A stretch of 64,000 nt of DNA from an uncultured Acidobacteriota bacterium (GTDB lineage: Bacteria > Acidobacteriota > Thermoanaerobaculia > Gp7-AA8), in contig CAVUKB010000006.1 of assembly GCA_963741955.1 (NCBI GenBank), forward strand, positions 480,002-544,001, written 5' to 3'. Under the pieces are notes generated by a model, which was not told the origin of the DNA, did no database searches, and saw only the letters and a list, made by a program, of their open reading frames with translations. Both the position numbers and the translations under genes were made by a program. Below, piece after piece: positions 28,881 to 38,602 of this stretch (position 1 is its first letter; the number at the start of each line of letters is the position of its first letter).

Positions 28881-30019
28881 TTTCTTGCCCGCGCGGTCTT
28901 GGAGTGGAGTCCCGCCCGACCGGTCCTAACGGCATTCCGTAAAGCCGTGATGATTCGGCCGTCGAATTCCTGTCGTCCGTGCCGTTCCATCGCCGCGGCG
29001 CGCACCCTGACGCGCTCTTCGGCGTCGAGAGGAACCGCGAGCATCTTCAAAACACACTCCGCAATTTCGTGCTGACTCGACGGATCCACCGTTGCTCCCG
29101 CGAGCTCGTGCCCGATCGCGTCGCGCGATCCGTCGACGTTCCCTGCAACAACTCGCGTTCCGCAGGCCATCGCCTCGAGGAAGACGATGCCGAAACCCTC
29201 GCCGCGGCTCGGCATGACGAAGACGTCGGCGAGACGGTAGTGATCGGCGAGCTCGTCGTCGGGAACGAAGCCGCAGAACGTCACGAGATCGCGAACGCCG
29301 AGCGACGTCGCGAGCGCTTCGACGCGCGCCCGGTCGTCGCCGTCGCCCGCGACGAGGTAGCGGACCGCCGGCACCTCCGCATGGATCGAGGGGAGCGCGC
29401 GCATCACGGCGTCGTACCCCTTGTAACCTTCCGACGCGCGCAGCCGCGCGACCGTCAGGAGGACGCGGTCGCCCGCCGAGAGGCCGTACCGTTCGCGGAG
29501 CGACTCGGGCGCCGCTCCGACGGTGAAACGCGCGTCGTCCACGGTGTTGCCGACGACGTCGATCTTCGACTCGCTCACTCCGACGGCGGTGACGCGCGCT
29601 TTCGTCCACTCCGAGACCGCGAGGACGCGGACCGCGTCGCGGAGCGCGCGCCGGCGCGAGCGCGAGAGTCGGGGATGGACTTCAATGCCGTGCGCGACGA
29701 CCGCATAGCGCGTCGCCGCGAGCCGCGACGCGAGGCGCGCCAGCGGCGCGAAGTGGAGATGCGTCGTAACGATGAGGTCGGGCCGCCCTCGCACCGCGCC
29801 GGCGAGAACGCGCAGAGCGAATGCGAAGCGGCGGAGCGGCGCGGGAACCGCGCCCGTGCCTTCGACTGTCCGCGCGTCCCACCCGCCGCTCGGGTCGTGA
29901 AGCGCGAAGAGACGAACCTCGGCGCCGGAGGCCTCGAGAGCGCGTGCGAGCTCGCGGCTGAACGCCGTGATGCCGCCTCCGAAGCCGATCACCGACGGCG
30001 CCCAGAGATCGACGCGCAT
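28877..30019 (-). CDS. Glycosyltransferase family 4
   Basis: AHGIEV, LLTVARL...EGYKG, ADVFVMPSRGEGFGIVFLEAMACG. Confidence 0.94.
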   Translation of the reverse strand: MRVDLWAPSVIGFGGGITAFSRELARALEASGAEVRLFALHDPSGGWDARTVEGTGAVPAPLRRFAFALRVLAGAVRGRPDLIVTTHLHFAPLARLASRLAATRYAVVAHGIEVHPRLSRSRRRALRDAVRVLAVSEWTKARVTAVGVSESKIDVVGNTVDDARFTVGAAPESLRERYGLSAGDRVLLTVARLRASEGYKGYDAVMRALPSIHAEVPAVRYLVAGDGDDRARVEALATSLGVRDLVTFCGFVPDDELADHYRLADVFVMPSRGEGFGIVFLEAMACGTRVVAGNVDGSRDAIGHELAGATVDPSSQHEIAECVLKMLAVPLDAEERVRVRAAAMERHGRQEFDGRIITALRNAVRTGRAGLHSKTARARN

Positions 30020-31278
30020 CAGACGCTCCCTCCCTGAACGACAGCGCCGAGCGCGGCGAGGAGTCCGGCCGTCGCGGCATCGTAGGAGTAGAGTGCGACC
30101 CGGCGCCGCGCCGCCTCACCCATGCGAACGAGGCGCTCGCGGTCGGAGAGCGCATCGGCGAGGGTGCGCGCGAGGGCGTCGACGTCGCCCGCCTCGAAGA
30201 CCCACCCCGTCTCCCCTTCGATGACGAGATCGGGTGCGCATCCGACGTGGGACGAAACGACCGCCGGGCGGGCGAGGTTCATCGCCTCGTTCACGGCGAG
30301 ACCCCACGTCTCGGAAGCGGAAGGAAGGACGAAGACGTCGGACGCGGCGTAGACGAGCGGCATGCGGCTCTGATTCTGAAACGGCGCGAAGAAGACGCTC
30401 CGCGCTGCTTCGTCGCCTGCGATATTGCGGAGGCTCGTCTCAAGCGCTCCCGATCCGACGAAGAGAAGCGCCGGACGACTTCGCTCGTCCGACCCGGCGA
30501 AGGCGCGGACGAACGCCTGAAGAAGATCGACCGGCCGCTTCTTCGCCTCGAGCTTCCCGGCGAAGAGGACGACCGGGCGCATCGCACCGATGCCGAGGTC
30601 CTCCTTCCACGCGCGCGCTTCGTCGTGCGCGGATGCCGCCGCCGCGCGAAAACGTTCGTTGTCGACGGCATGCGGCGCGAAGAAGACGCGCTCGGGAGCG
30701 ACGCCGCTGTTCGCGAAGTACGAGCGGTTCGCCTCGCCGACGGCGAGACAGGCGGCAAGGCGACGGAAAGCCACACGCCGCAGCGCGCCCGATACGAGCG
30801 CGCGCACTCCCGGATCGCGCGCGATGTCGTGCGAATCGCCGCGGAAGAGGATCGGGATCGGGCGAAGACGCCGCGAGAAGAGAACGCGCAGGTGGCTCCT
30901 GTAGCCGTACCCGAAGAGGAGAATTGCATCGGGCGACCACGCCGCGAGGCGGTCGACGAGCGCCGGGTTGTCGAGACCCGCGAAGTGGTGCGTTCCGGGA
31001 TCTCCGCTCCTGTTCGGCACCAGCTCCGATTCGTAGCCGTCGAGGAGAGGGACGTCCCACCGCAGCTCGACGCCGAAGTCGCGGTCGACGCGCGCGGTGA
31101 CGCCGAAGTCCCAGAGATGAAACACGCGGAGATCGAGGAGGCCGGTCGAAGCGATGTGGGCGAACCAGGGAGCGAAGTACTGGATCGGATGCGACACGAC
31201 GACGGCGAGCCTGCGCCTCCTCTCCGGCTGCATCACCGGAGTGTCCGTGACGAACGGTTGAGCGAGCGTTGCCATCAC
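30019..31278 (-). CDS. Glycosyltransferase family 4
   Basis: SHPIQYFAPWF, DFGVELRWDVPLLDGY, LFAGKL..KKRP.DLL, SDVFVLPSASETWGLAVNEAM. Confidence 0.94.
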   Translation of the reverse strand: MMATLAQPFVTDTPVMQPERRRRLAVVVSHPIQYFAPWFAHIASTGLLDLRVFHLWDFGVTARVDRDFGVELRWDVPLLDGYESELVPNRSGDPGTHHFAGLDNPALVDRLAAWSPDAILLFGYGYRSHLRVLFSRRLRPIPILFRGDSHDIARDPGVRALVSGALRRVAFRRLAACLAVGEANRSYFANSGVAPERVFFAPHAVDNERFRAAAASAHDEARAWKEDLGIGAMRPVVLFAGKLEAKKRPVDLLQAFVRAFAGSDERSRPALLFVGSGALETSLRNIAGDEAARSVFFAPFQNQSRMPLVYAASDVFVLPSASETWGLAVNEAMNLARPAVVSSHVGCAPDLVIEGETGWVFEAGDVDALARTLADALSDRERLVRMGEAARRRVALYSYDAATAGLLAALGAVVQGGSV

Positions 31279-32780
31279 TCTTCGAGGGCGAAGGGATGCT
31301 CGATCGGTTGCGGCGACGGAGCGGCCGCGGGAGCCGCTGCGACGCGTCGCCGGACGGCGACGGGCGCGAGGTGGCGCCAGATGCGGTCACCGAAGAAATG
31401 GAGGACGACGGCGAGGACGATGAGCGACGACATCGCTCCGCCGAAAAGCTTGATGTTCGACGACTCGAAGTAGATGGCGTGACCGAGGATGAGGTTCGTC
31501 GAGACGGCGATGCCGAGGAGCGGATGGCGCGTGCGCGCGGCGAGCCAGCGGTAGGCGCACCCCCAGAAACAGCCGAGGAGGAAGATCGGGACGAACATGA
31601 AAAGAGGGCCGAAGTCGATGTAGCTCTCGGCCGCGTAGCCAAGACTGATCGACGCTCCCTCATCCGCCGTAGCGACGTGGACGCCACTGAATTCGTTCGT
31701 ACGGTCCGAGTCGTTAATCACCGGCTTGTTCGGGAAGAACACCCGAGGCGTGACCACGTGCACGAGGGCTTCGCGCCACAGGCGCCCACCCTGATACGGG
31801 ACCCTTCCCGGAACATTGCGTATCGATTGAGCGAAGTACTCGATATACCCAACGCGCTCGAGTCCGGAGTCGGCTCCGGCGGCCAAGTCGTCGAACGTAA
31901 TGTTGCTGATGCGATCGCCCAGGTATGCGAAGCGGTCGAGGACCGGAACGACGGCGATCTGCGCGCGGCGGCCGCCGTTTAGAAACTCTCGGTAGTCGTT
32001 CTTGACTGCCTGCCAGAATGCCGAGAGTGCGATCACAGCCAAGATCGCGGCCACCAGCGACGGTCGCAAGATGCGGCGGATCGTCACGGCAGAAGCCGTG
32101 ATCAACACGACCACGACGAAGAGAATCGTCTTGAAACTACTGAAATACCCGGTGAAGCCGGTGAGTATCTCGACGAACAGGACCATTGCGGCAATCGTCC
32201 GGAAGCGCCGGTCGCGGAGAGCGGCCCACCCGATCAGGAAGACGATCACCCAACGCAACGTCGCGAGAGCGATCAGTTGCTGCCGCATTCCCGGTAGTAC
32301 CGAGAGACGTCCGTTCACTGAGGCGAAGACAAACATAACCACATACGCCCTGCCGAGTCGGACTGGAGAGAGCGCGGCCGCCGCTCGCTCAACGACCGCC
32401 GGCTCGACGATCGACTTACGCCCGGCGCCCAGACGCATCCCTATTGACAGGATCACGACAGTGACAAGACCGAGCCATGCCGCCGTTCGCATGTCCGGCA
32501 CGTACTGATCGATCGCCTCGCCCCATCGGTTCGCGTTGAGGATCGGAGCGAACACCTGAAGCCACTGAAACGTCGCGGCGAACAGAAGAACAGAAGGCTC
32601 GCCGGGCCGCCATAGCAGACTGAACAGGCATGCCGGAACAAGGACAGCGACGGCGGTGATGACCGGATTCGCGGTGAAGAGGCACGGAACCGCTGCGGCT
32701 ACTGATCCGATGGCGAGCCGGAGGACCCATCGCCTCCGATCGATGGCTCCCAGTACTCGAGAAGTTGACTTGCTAGTCAT
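31275..32780 (-). CDS. wzy: Multi-pass membrane protein, probable Wzy-like polysaccharide polymerase
   Basis: About 10-11 hydrophobic segments, a periplasmic loop with PRVFFPNKP and SLGYAAESYIDFG, and a position among GT genes. Confidence 0.7.
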   Translation of the reverse strand: MTSKSTSRVLGAIDRRRWVLRLAIGSVAAAVPCLFTANPVITAVAVLVPACLFSLLWRPGEPSVLLFAATFQWLQVFAPILNANRWGEAIDQYVPDMRTAAWLGLVTVVILSIGMRLGAGRKSIVEPAVVERAAAALSPVRLGRAYVVMFVFASVNGRLSVLPGMRQQLIALATLRWVIVFLIGWAALRDRRFRTIAAMVLFVEILTGFTGYFSSFKTILFVVVVLITASAVTIRRILRPSLVAAILAVIALSAFWQAVKNDYREFLNGGRRAQIAVVPVLDRFAYLGDRISNITFDDLAAGADSGLERVGYIEYFAQSIRNVPGRVPYQGGRLWREALVHVVTPRVFFPNKPVINDSDRTNEFSGVHVATADEGASISLGYAAESYIDFGPLFMFVPIFLLGCFWGCAYRWLAARTRHPLLGIAVSTNLILGHAIYFESSNIKLFGGAMSSLIVLAVVLHFFGDRIWRHLAPVAVRRRVAAAPAAAPSPQPIEHPFALEE

Positions 32781-33973
32781 GAGTCAGCAACCGTCGGTGC
32801 ACCGTAAACCTGCGCCCACTCAGCATCGAACCGCGCACGGCCGAACCGGCGCTCATAGTCTTCACGCGCGGCGTACTGCATCCGCGCACGCTCGTCATCG
32901 TTCAGAAGTACGAATCGAAGGGCGTCGCCTAACGAACGAGCCGTCTTCTCGGGACACACGATCCCATCGACGCGATGCCTTACGAACTCCGCGAGACTCC
33001 CGGAAGGAAACACCACCGAAGGCGTACCGGCCATCTTCGCTTCGAGTACGACATTCGCCGCCGACTCCTCGCACAACGAAGGCACTGCGTGAACAACCGC
33101 GTCTCGAAAGTCTGAAGAGGGATCATCAACGTGGCCGCGGAACACGACCTTACTCGCGATTCCGAGGGACTCGACTCTGGAAATGAGTGTGGTTCGGAAG
33201 GAGGAGTCCCACCGCGATTCACCGACGATGTCGAGCTGAATGTCGGGGATCTCGTCGGCGATCGAAGCGAACGCGTCCACGAGGGGTACGAGGCCCTTGT
33301 GCTCCGATACGGAGCCTACGTAAAGGATGAAGCGTCGCTGCGGGACAGAATGCCGTAGCGATACTCTCGACCTTTCGGGAGCGCAACCGTAAATCGTCGC
33401 CAGCTTTTCCGCGTGCACGCCACCGGCGATCGCTGCGTCGCGAACGAAGTGCGAATTCGCGACGACCCGGTCGGCGCGACCCGTCGCTCGTCTCCAGATC
33501 GCCATCTGGAAGCGTGACGCGACCGGCGGTGCGTCGCCGAGGCGGTAGATCATTCGAACACCGCTCTTCTTGATCGCCGTTGCGAGGTACGAGTAGACCA
33601 AAGGAGATCCGATGTGGATGTGTGTCGGCCGAAAGCCGTCGATCAGCGCGCGGAATTCGCGCGAACATGAGCCAAGGGCACGAAGGTTCGTCAACGCGTA
33701 CGCCGGTTTGCCGAGGATGATGCTCGGTGACCACAACCCTCCAAAGGGAACCGGCCCCGTCGGTATGGCGGCAGCCTCGAGCTCCTCGTTGACTTGGCCT
33801 CCGCCCTCGAGAGCATTGACCGCCACCATGACGTTCGCGCCGCATCGGCGCAGCCCTTTGAGAACCTCGATGTTTCCGCGTTCATGCCCGAACAGCTCCA
33901 GGCCGTTGAGCGCCGCGAGCACGCGGACACCATCGAGAGCCGTGGCGGTAATCGAGGTCTCAGGAAGATTCAT
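32777..33973 (-). CDS. Glycosyltransferase family 4
   Basis: LFGHERGNIEV, ILYVGSVSEHKG, PSLCEESAANVVLEAK.AGTP. The start is set at the ATGA overlap. Confidence 0.9.
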   Translation of the reverse strand: MNLPETSITATALDGVRVLAALNGLELFGHERGNIEVLKGLRRCGANVMVAVNALEGGGQVNEELEAAAIPTGPVPFGGLWSPSIILGKPAYALTNLRALGSCSREFRALIDGFRPTHIHIGSPLVYSYLATAIKKSGVRMIYRLGDAPPVASRFQMAIWRRATGRADRVVANSHFVRDAAIAGGVHAEKLATIYGCAPERSRVSLRHSVPQRRFILYVGSVSEHKGLVPLVDAFASIADEIPDIQLDIVGESRWDSSFRTTLISRVESLGIASKVVFRGHVDDPSSDFRDAVVHAVPSLCEESAANVVLEAKMAGTPSVVFPSGSLAEFVRHRVDGIVCPEKTARSLGDALRFVLLNDDERARMQYAAREDYERRFGRARFDAEWAQVYGAPTVADS

Positions 33974-35247
33974 TTCGACAGACATGCGTCGAAAAAACGC
34001 GCGAGCTCGCTCGCCGATTGCTTCTCGGAATACCTCTCGATCGCCGTGTTGTCGAAGGTACCAGGCGCTGCATATCGGTGCTCGCGAATCCACTCGTTCG
34101 CCACTCGTTCCGCGGTCTCGTCGTCGCTTTCGCCTTCGTCGAAGAAAACGGACGTGGCGCCTCCGACGCGGTCGAGGAGGGCAGCCAGTTCGCTTCCGCG
34201 ACGGCACACGACGAGCGTCGGCTTCTTCGCGAGCAGATAAGGAAAGATCTTTGACGCGGTGTAAGCAGGATCCTCCGAAGCAGGGACGAACAGCGCATCC
34301 GATTCCTTCAGCAAACGCAGCGCGTCGGAGTAGGAGACGCGATCGGTATTCTCGGAGACGATGTCCGCAACTCCTTCTTCAGCTGCGATGGGAACGAATG
34401 TCGGCTGGCCTTTTCCTCGATCCGCGTAGGATGTCCCGACAAACGAAATCCGCAGGCACGATTTCAGTTCGTCCGAGGCCGCGATGCGGACCGCACGGAA
34501 CAGCGCCCTCGCCGCGCGACGCATGTCGGGTCCCCCGCGACCGACGTACCTCCACCGTATCAACCCTCCGTCACGCGCATCAACGCGCGTTACCACTCGT
34601 CTGAGGTCGTGGAGCGGAGCTGGAAACGGCTGAATTAGTGTCGGGCAACGCGAAAAGAATGGGTACCGTTCCGCGAGTTCCTCCGGATACCGCCGCGACA
34701 CGCTGGTAATGCCCGAGACGCTTCGTAGTACGCGTGGTTCCATCCACCGGTGAAGACGATCCGAGAGAGCGAATTTCACTCTTCCTCCAGGCCGCCTGAC
34801 GTCCGGGTTCTCCCGGTAGTAGTCGTTCACCCACGGGTCCTGATAGTCGATGACGAATGGAACGCCGAACGTCCGTCTCCAATGAACGCCGAGGAGCTGC
34901 ACTTCGAAAACCGTCGTGGAGAAGTACACGAGATCGAAACGTCTGCGCTGCAGGACAGCGTCGCCGCCTTTCCGAAGAGCGGGCAGTGCGCGTAAGCCGA
35001 GGGTGCCGAGACCAGGAAGAGCAGACCATCGGCGACTGATAGCTCGGACGCGGTTGACCTGAACGTCCGCAGGAAGTCCTTCCGCAAGCCACGCATCGGT
35101 AGGAGAGGCAACGTCGTCAGGGTGTACGGCGAGGACTTCCGCCCACCATCCCGCGTCAAAGAAGTACGGCAGAAGAAGGCGGACGCGATGGGAATCGGCG
35201 GCGTTCGTCGGAGGAAAGTGTGGCGATACGATCAGAACTGATTTCAT
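33970..35247 (-). CDS. Glycosyltransferase family 4-like protein
   Basis: MKSVLIVSPHFPP, GVPFVIDYQDPW, YTASKIFPYLLAKKP. Confidence 0.88.
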   Translation of the reverse strand: MKSVLIVSPHFPPTNAADSHRVRLLLPYFFDAGWWAEVLAVHPDDVASPTDAWLAEGLPADVQVNRVRAISRRWSALPGLGTLGLRALPALRKGGDAVLQRRRFDLVYFSTTVFEVQLLGVHWRRTFGVPFVIDYQDPWVNDYYRENPDVRRPGGRVKFALSDRLHRWMEPRVLRSVSGITSVSRRYPEELAERYPFFSRCPTLIQPFPAPLHDLRRVVTRVDARDGGLIRWRYVGRGGPDMRRAARALFRAVRIAASDELKSCLRISFVGTSYADRGKGQPTFVPIAAEEGVADIVSENTDRVSYSDALRLLKESDALFVPASEDPAYTASKIFPYLLAKKPTLVVCRRGSELAALLDRVGGATSVFFDEGESDDETAERVANEWIREHRYAAPGTFDNTAIERYSEKQSASELARFFDACLSK

Positions 35248-36296
35248 GCAGCGTTCACGCCGTGTCCGCGCATCATTGCGCGGTACAGCTCTTCGTATTT
35301 CCGGGCGATGACGTCCGACGCGAACTGCTGTTCCGCTCGCAGCCGGCATTCCACGCGACTGATTTGATCGATATTCTCCACTGCCGCCACCGCATCGTCG
35401 ATGCTGTTTACCAAGTATCCGTGGACGCCGTGATCGACGATCTCCGGCAGCGCCCCGCGGGGCGCCGACACTACCGGCGTTCCACACGCGAGCGCCTCGG
35501 CGAAGACGATACCAAACGGCTCGTTCCACTCGATTGGAACGACAAGGGCAGCAGCATGCCGCAAGAGCTCGTTCTTCTGCCGATCGTCGACTGGTCCCAC
35601 ATACTCGATTCGATTTCTTCCGAGCTCCGGTTCGATGCGCTGGCGCCAGTAATCACCTTCTCTCCCCGAGTCGGCGTGGTTTCCGGCAATCAGAAGACGC
35701 CTACCCGAGCGCTTTGCGATCGTGATCGCGTTGTGGCAACCCTTGATCGACTCGATTCTGCTTAGGAAGATGAGTGGCGCATCGCCGGCTACGGACGACG
35801 TCGCGCTATACGCCGATACGTCAACCGGGTTGTGGACGACGCTCCACGTTCCGCCCGCCCGAATTCGACCGTTGTTTGCGATATATGCCGAACACGCCGA
35901 GAATGTCAGCCGCGGAGCATGGATTAGACGTGCGATCCGGGCGGTGCGCCCGGTTGGCTCACGTTGATACGACATCATCTTCGGACTCTCGCACCGCGCG
36001 AGGGGTGTGAGTAACGCGAGACGCGAGAAACTGTGGATAACGTCTGGTTCGAACTCCCTCACCGCTGCCAGGAGGTCGCCGACATTGCCGGCGTTCGCTT
36101 TGAGTCCCCCGCTGCGATCATTACTCCACGGCACGAAGTGGTGGCATGCGACGGACGACTCTCGGTGCGCGACCAACGCGATTCTGTGACCGTTTTCCAC
36201 GAGGTGACGAACGAGCAGATCGATCACGCGCTCGATTCCACCGTAAAGCCTTGGCGGTACCGGTAGTTCGGGATCTGCAGTAATGAGTATCTTCAA
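35244..36296 (-). CDS. Glycosyltransferase family 4
   Basis: PVPPRLYGGIERVI, FLSRIESIKG, PIEWNEPFGIVFAEALACGTPV. Confidence 0.94.
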   Translation of the reverse strand: MKILITADPELPVPPRLYGGIERVIDLLVRHLVENGHRIALVAHRESSVACHHFVPWSNDRSGGLKANAGNVGDLLAAVREFEPDVIHSFSRLALLTPLARCESPKMMSYQREPTGRTARIARLIHAPRLTFSACSAYIANNGRIRAGGTWSVVHNPVDVSAYSATSSVAGDAPLIFLSRIESIKGCHNAITIAKRSGRRLLIAGNHADSGREGDYWRQRIEPELGRNRIEYVGPVDDRQKNELLRHAAALVVPIEWNEPFGIVFAEALACGTPVVSAPRGALPEIVDHGVHGYLVNSIDDAVAAVENIDQISRVECRLRAEQQFASDVIARKYEELYRAMMRGHGVNAA

Positions 36297-36299
36297 CGC

Positions 36300-37055
36300 T
36301 CAGCTCCAGCGTCGCGATGCGACCAGCTGCGACGCGTCCCGCACGTATATCGCGTCACACTGCCATAACGCTTCGTCGAGCGGTCGGTAATACTGCGGGA
36401 TAATGTCGTACAGTTGATACCGGAGCGACTCCAGGTAGTGATCAACCTCGCGAAAGAGCGGGCCATCTCCGATCGGAATCAGCGAAACCTCGAGGATGAT
36501 GACCTCGAAAGTTCCGTATAGCGAGGAGCTTCCCGCAAGAGCCTCCATCTCGTACCCCTGAAGGTCGAGTTTGAGCAGGTTCGGCGCGAACGACGCCTGT
36601 GGGACGACCTCATCGAGAGTCGTCATATCGATTTCGATGCTCGGAGCACCGTCGACCGGCCGACCACCGGTGATAACAGCGCTGTTCGTTTGTTCCAACC
36701 GGAATAGCGTCGTGCCGCTCCGGCGCCCGAGTGCGGCCGGTACGACAGAGGACCCGGCGACGCGACGCGCCAGAAGCGAAAGCTTGGCCAACTTGTCCGG
36801 AAGTGGCTCCACGAGAAGAGCGGGAGCTTCGGCGAACGTTCGCCAGAACATTCTCGTCCACTCACCGTCGTGCGCACCTCCATCGACGAATCCGGTGCAG
36901 GCGAACCCCGCGCGCTTGAGGTTTGCGATGCGCGAGTGCATATCGCGGACGACGAACAGTCGACGCTTCAGGCTCTGTCGAAGTTCATACGGGAAGATGT
37001 TCTTCAGCGCTCCAAGCAATTCCGTCGACCATGCTGCCTGTTTGTGAGTCGTCAT
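36300..37055 (-). CDS. FkbM-family methyltransferase
   Basis: VDGGAHDGEW, LVEPL, TTLD, LLKLDLQGYEMEAL.G, QCDAIY. Confidence 0.9.
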   Translation of the reverse strand: MTTHKQAAWSTELLGALKNIFPYELRQSLKRRLFVVRDMHSRIANLKRAGFACTGFVDGGAHDGEWTRMFWRTFAEAPALLVEPLPDKLAKLSLLARRVAGSSVVPAALGRRSGTTLFRLEQTNSAVITGGRPVDGAPSIEIDMTTLDEVVPQASFAPNLLKLDLQGYEMEALAGSSSLYGTFEVIILEVSLIPIGDGPLFREVDHYLESLRYQLYDIIPQYYRPLDEALWQCDAIYVRDASQLVASRRWS

Positions 37056-38602
37056 CGAAGCGCAAACGCCTTTTTGAGGAGTTGCGGTCGGGGAAAGAGA
37101 CTGAGTAAAGCCGCGAACGGCTCTTTGAAGAGTAGTCGCAATCCGATGAGGTAAACGCTGCCGAACACAGCCAACGCGACGGGCACCATTACGGAGGAAT
37201 TCGCACTCCATGGACCCGACGCAGCGACGAAGCCGGTCACAACGAGAGACGCAAGCCCCGCGATCGCTACAGGAGGGAGCACCGCGGTTGCTATTCCTCG
37301 AACATCGGCGGCGCCAAACCGGAGCAGCCAGTAGGTCACGACAACGAACTCCGTACCGAGCAACAGTGCAGTCACAGCCAGGTATGCTTCGGCGCCGCGT
37401 CCCGGCATTGTCGCGAGCGCGACTGCTGTAACGCCGAGCGTCATGATGTCGACCGCGAGGCAGCGGCCTGCCTGCTGTCGTGCGAGAAGCAGGCTGTTGC
37501 CGGTCGCGATCAGCGCGGCGAGAACGGTCACGGGCATCGCCCAGGGAAGAATCGGAACGACGCCTTCCCATCCCTTGCCGTAGAGAAAGCGCACGAACGG
37601 GCCAGCGAAGATGGCCAGGACGCTTCCTGTCGGAATCGCGCTCCACGCTATCACTCGCAGCACGAGGTTCCCGGTTCGCACCGGGCTGCCTCCCTGCTGC
37701 TCGACGCGCGTCAGGATCGGATACACGGCGTAGACGAACTGCGATGCGAACTTCGAGCAGAAGATGACCGAGAGTCCGATCGCACGGTTATAAATCCCAA
37801 GACCCGTGAACCCGAACATTACGGATAGAACGGAGGCCTCCAGCAGCGTTTTGCCCGTGACCGCTACACCGCTTCCGAGTCGTGTCATCCCGAACCGGAA
37901 GGGCTCTTGATAGTCCTTCCAGTGCCACCGCCACGTCGGACGCCAGCGCTCGCGGACGAAGAGATCGAAAATGAAAGGGAGGGTGACGAGCAGGCCGGGA
38001 AGAAGGAGAGCCCACGTCCCGAAACCACTCCACGCCATCACGACGGCGACGAGAGCACTCGCCGCAATTCCAGTCGCGTGAAGCAGCCGCAGTCTCTTCC
38101 AGTCGAGCGCACGCTCCAGCATCTTTCTTCGCAACTCGCAGGGCCACTCGAGTAGAAACGTGACGGACATCGCGTGAACGTACGGCGCGACCGCCGCGTA
38201 CTTCGGCACGAACCACAACACCGCGGCGCATCCGTTCAAAAGAACGAAAAGCGAGACATTGAGCACGCCGCCCGCTGTGAAATGCTCCTGGTAGCGCGTC
38301 TCGCTTTCGTGCTGCACCTGAAGCGCGTGCGAAACGAACAGACCGAAACCGAAGATGCTGAAGAACCCGACGATGCTCGTCGTCAGACCGAACTCGCCGT
38401 AGCTCGCCGGTTTTAGAAGCCGGACGAGCATGAGCATCGTCGCGAATTGCGTCAGGTCGCGAAACAGATTGAAGCCGGTGTTCCAGACAACGGCGGAACG
38501 TGCACGTGCCCGTAGCGAAGCGCGCGTGTCATTCCCGTGAGAGGGATCCTCTCCGATCGGCGGATCCGACACCGTCTCGGCGATCAGATCTTCGGCAGTC
38601 AC
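37052..38602 (-). CDS. wzx: Oligosaccharide flippase
   Basis: LVRLLKPASYGEFG, MAWSGFGTWALL, LGIYNRA, LYGKGW, with many TM segments. The GTG start overlaps the asnB stop. Confidence 0.9.
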   Translation of the reverse strand: MTAEDLIAETVSDPPIGEDPSHGNDTRASLRARARSAVVWNTGFNLFRDLTQFATMLMLVRLLKPASYGEFGLTTSIVGFFSIFGFGLFVSHALQVQHESETRYQEHFTAGGVLNVSLFVLLNGCAAVLWFVPKYAAVAPYVHAMSVTFLLEWPCELRRKMLERALDWKRLRLLHATGIAASALVAVVMAWSGFGTWALLLPGLLVTLPFIFDLFVRERWRPTWRWHWKDYQEPFRFGMTRLGSGVAVTGKTLLEASVLSVMFGFTGLGIYNRAIGLSVIFCSKFASQFVYAVYPILTRVEQQGGSPVRTGNLVLRVIAWSAIPTGSVLAIFAGPFVRFLYGKGWEGVVPILPWAMPVTVLAALIATGNSLLLARQQAGRCLAVDIMTLGVTAVALATMPGRGAEAYLAVTALLLGTEFVVVTYWLLRFGAADVRGIATAVLPPVAIAGLASLVVTGFVAASGPWSANSSVMVPVALAVFGSVYLIGLRLLFKEPFAALLSLFPRPQLLKKAFALR

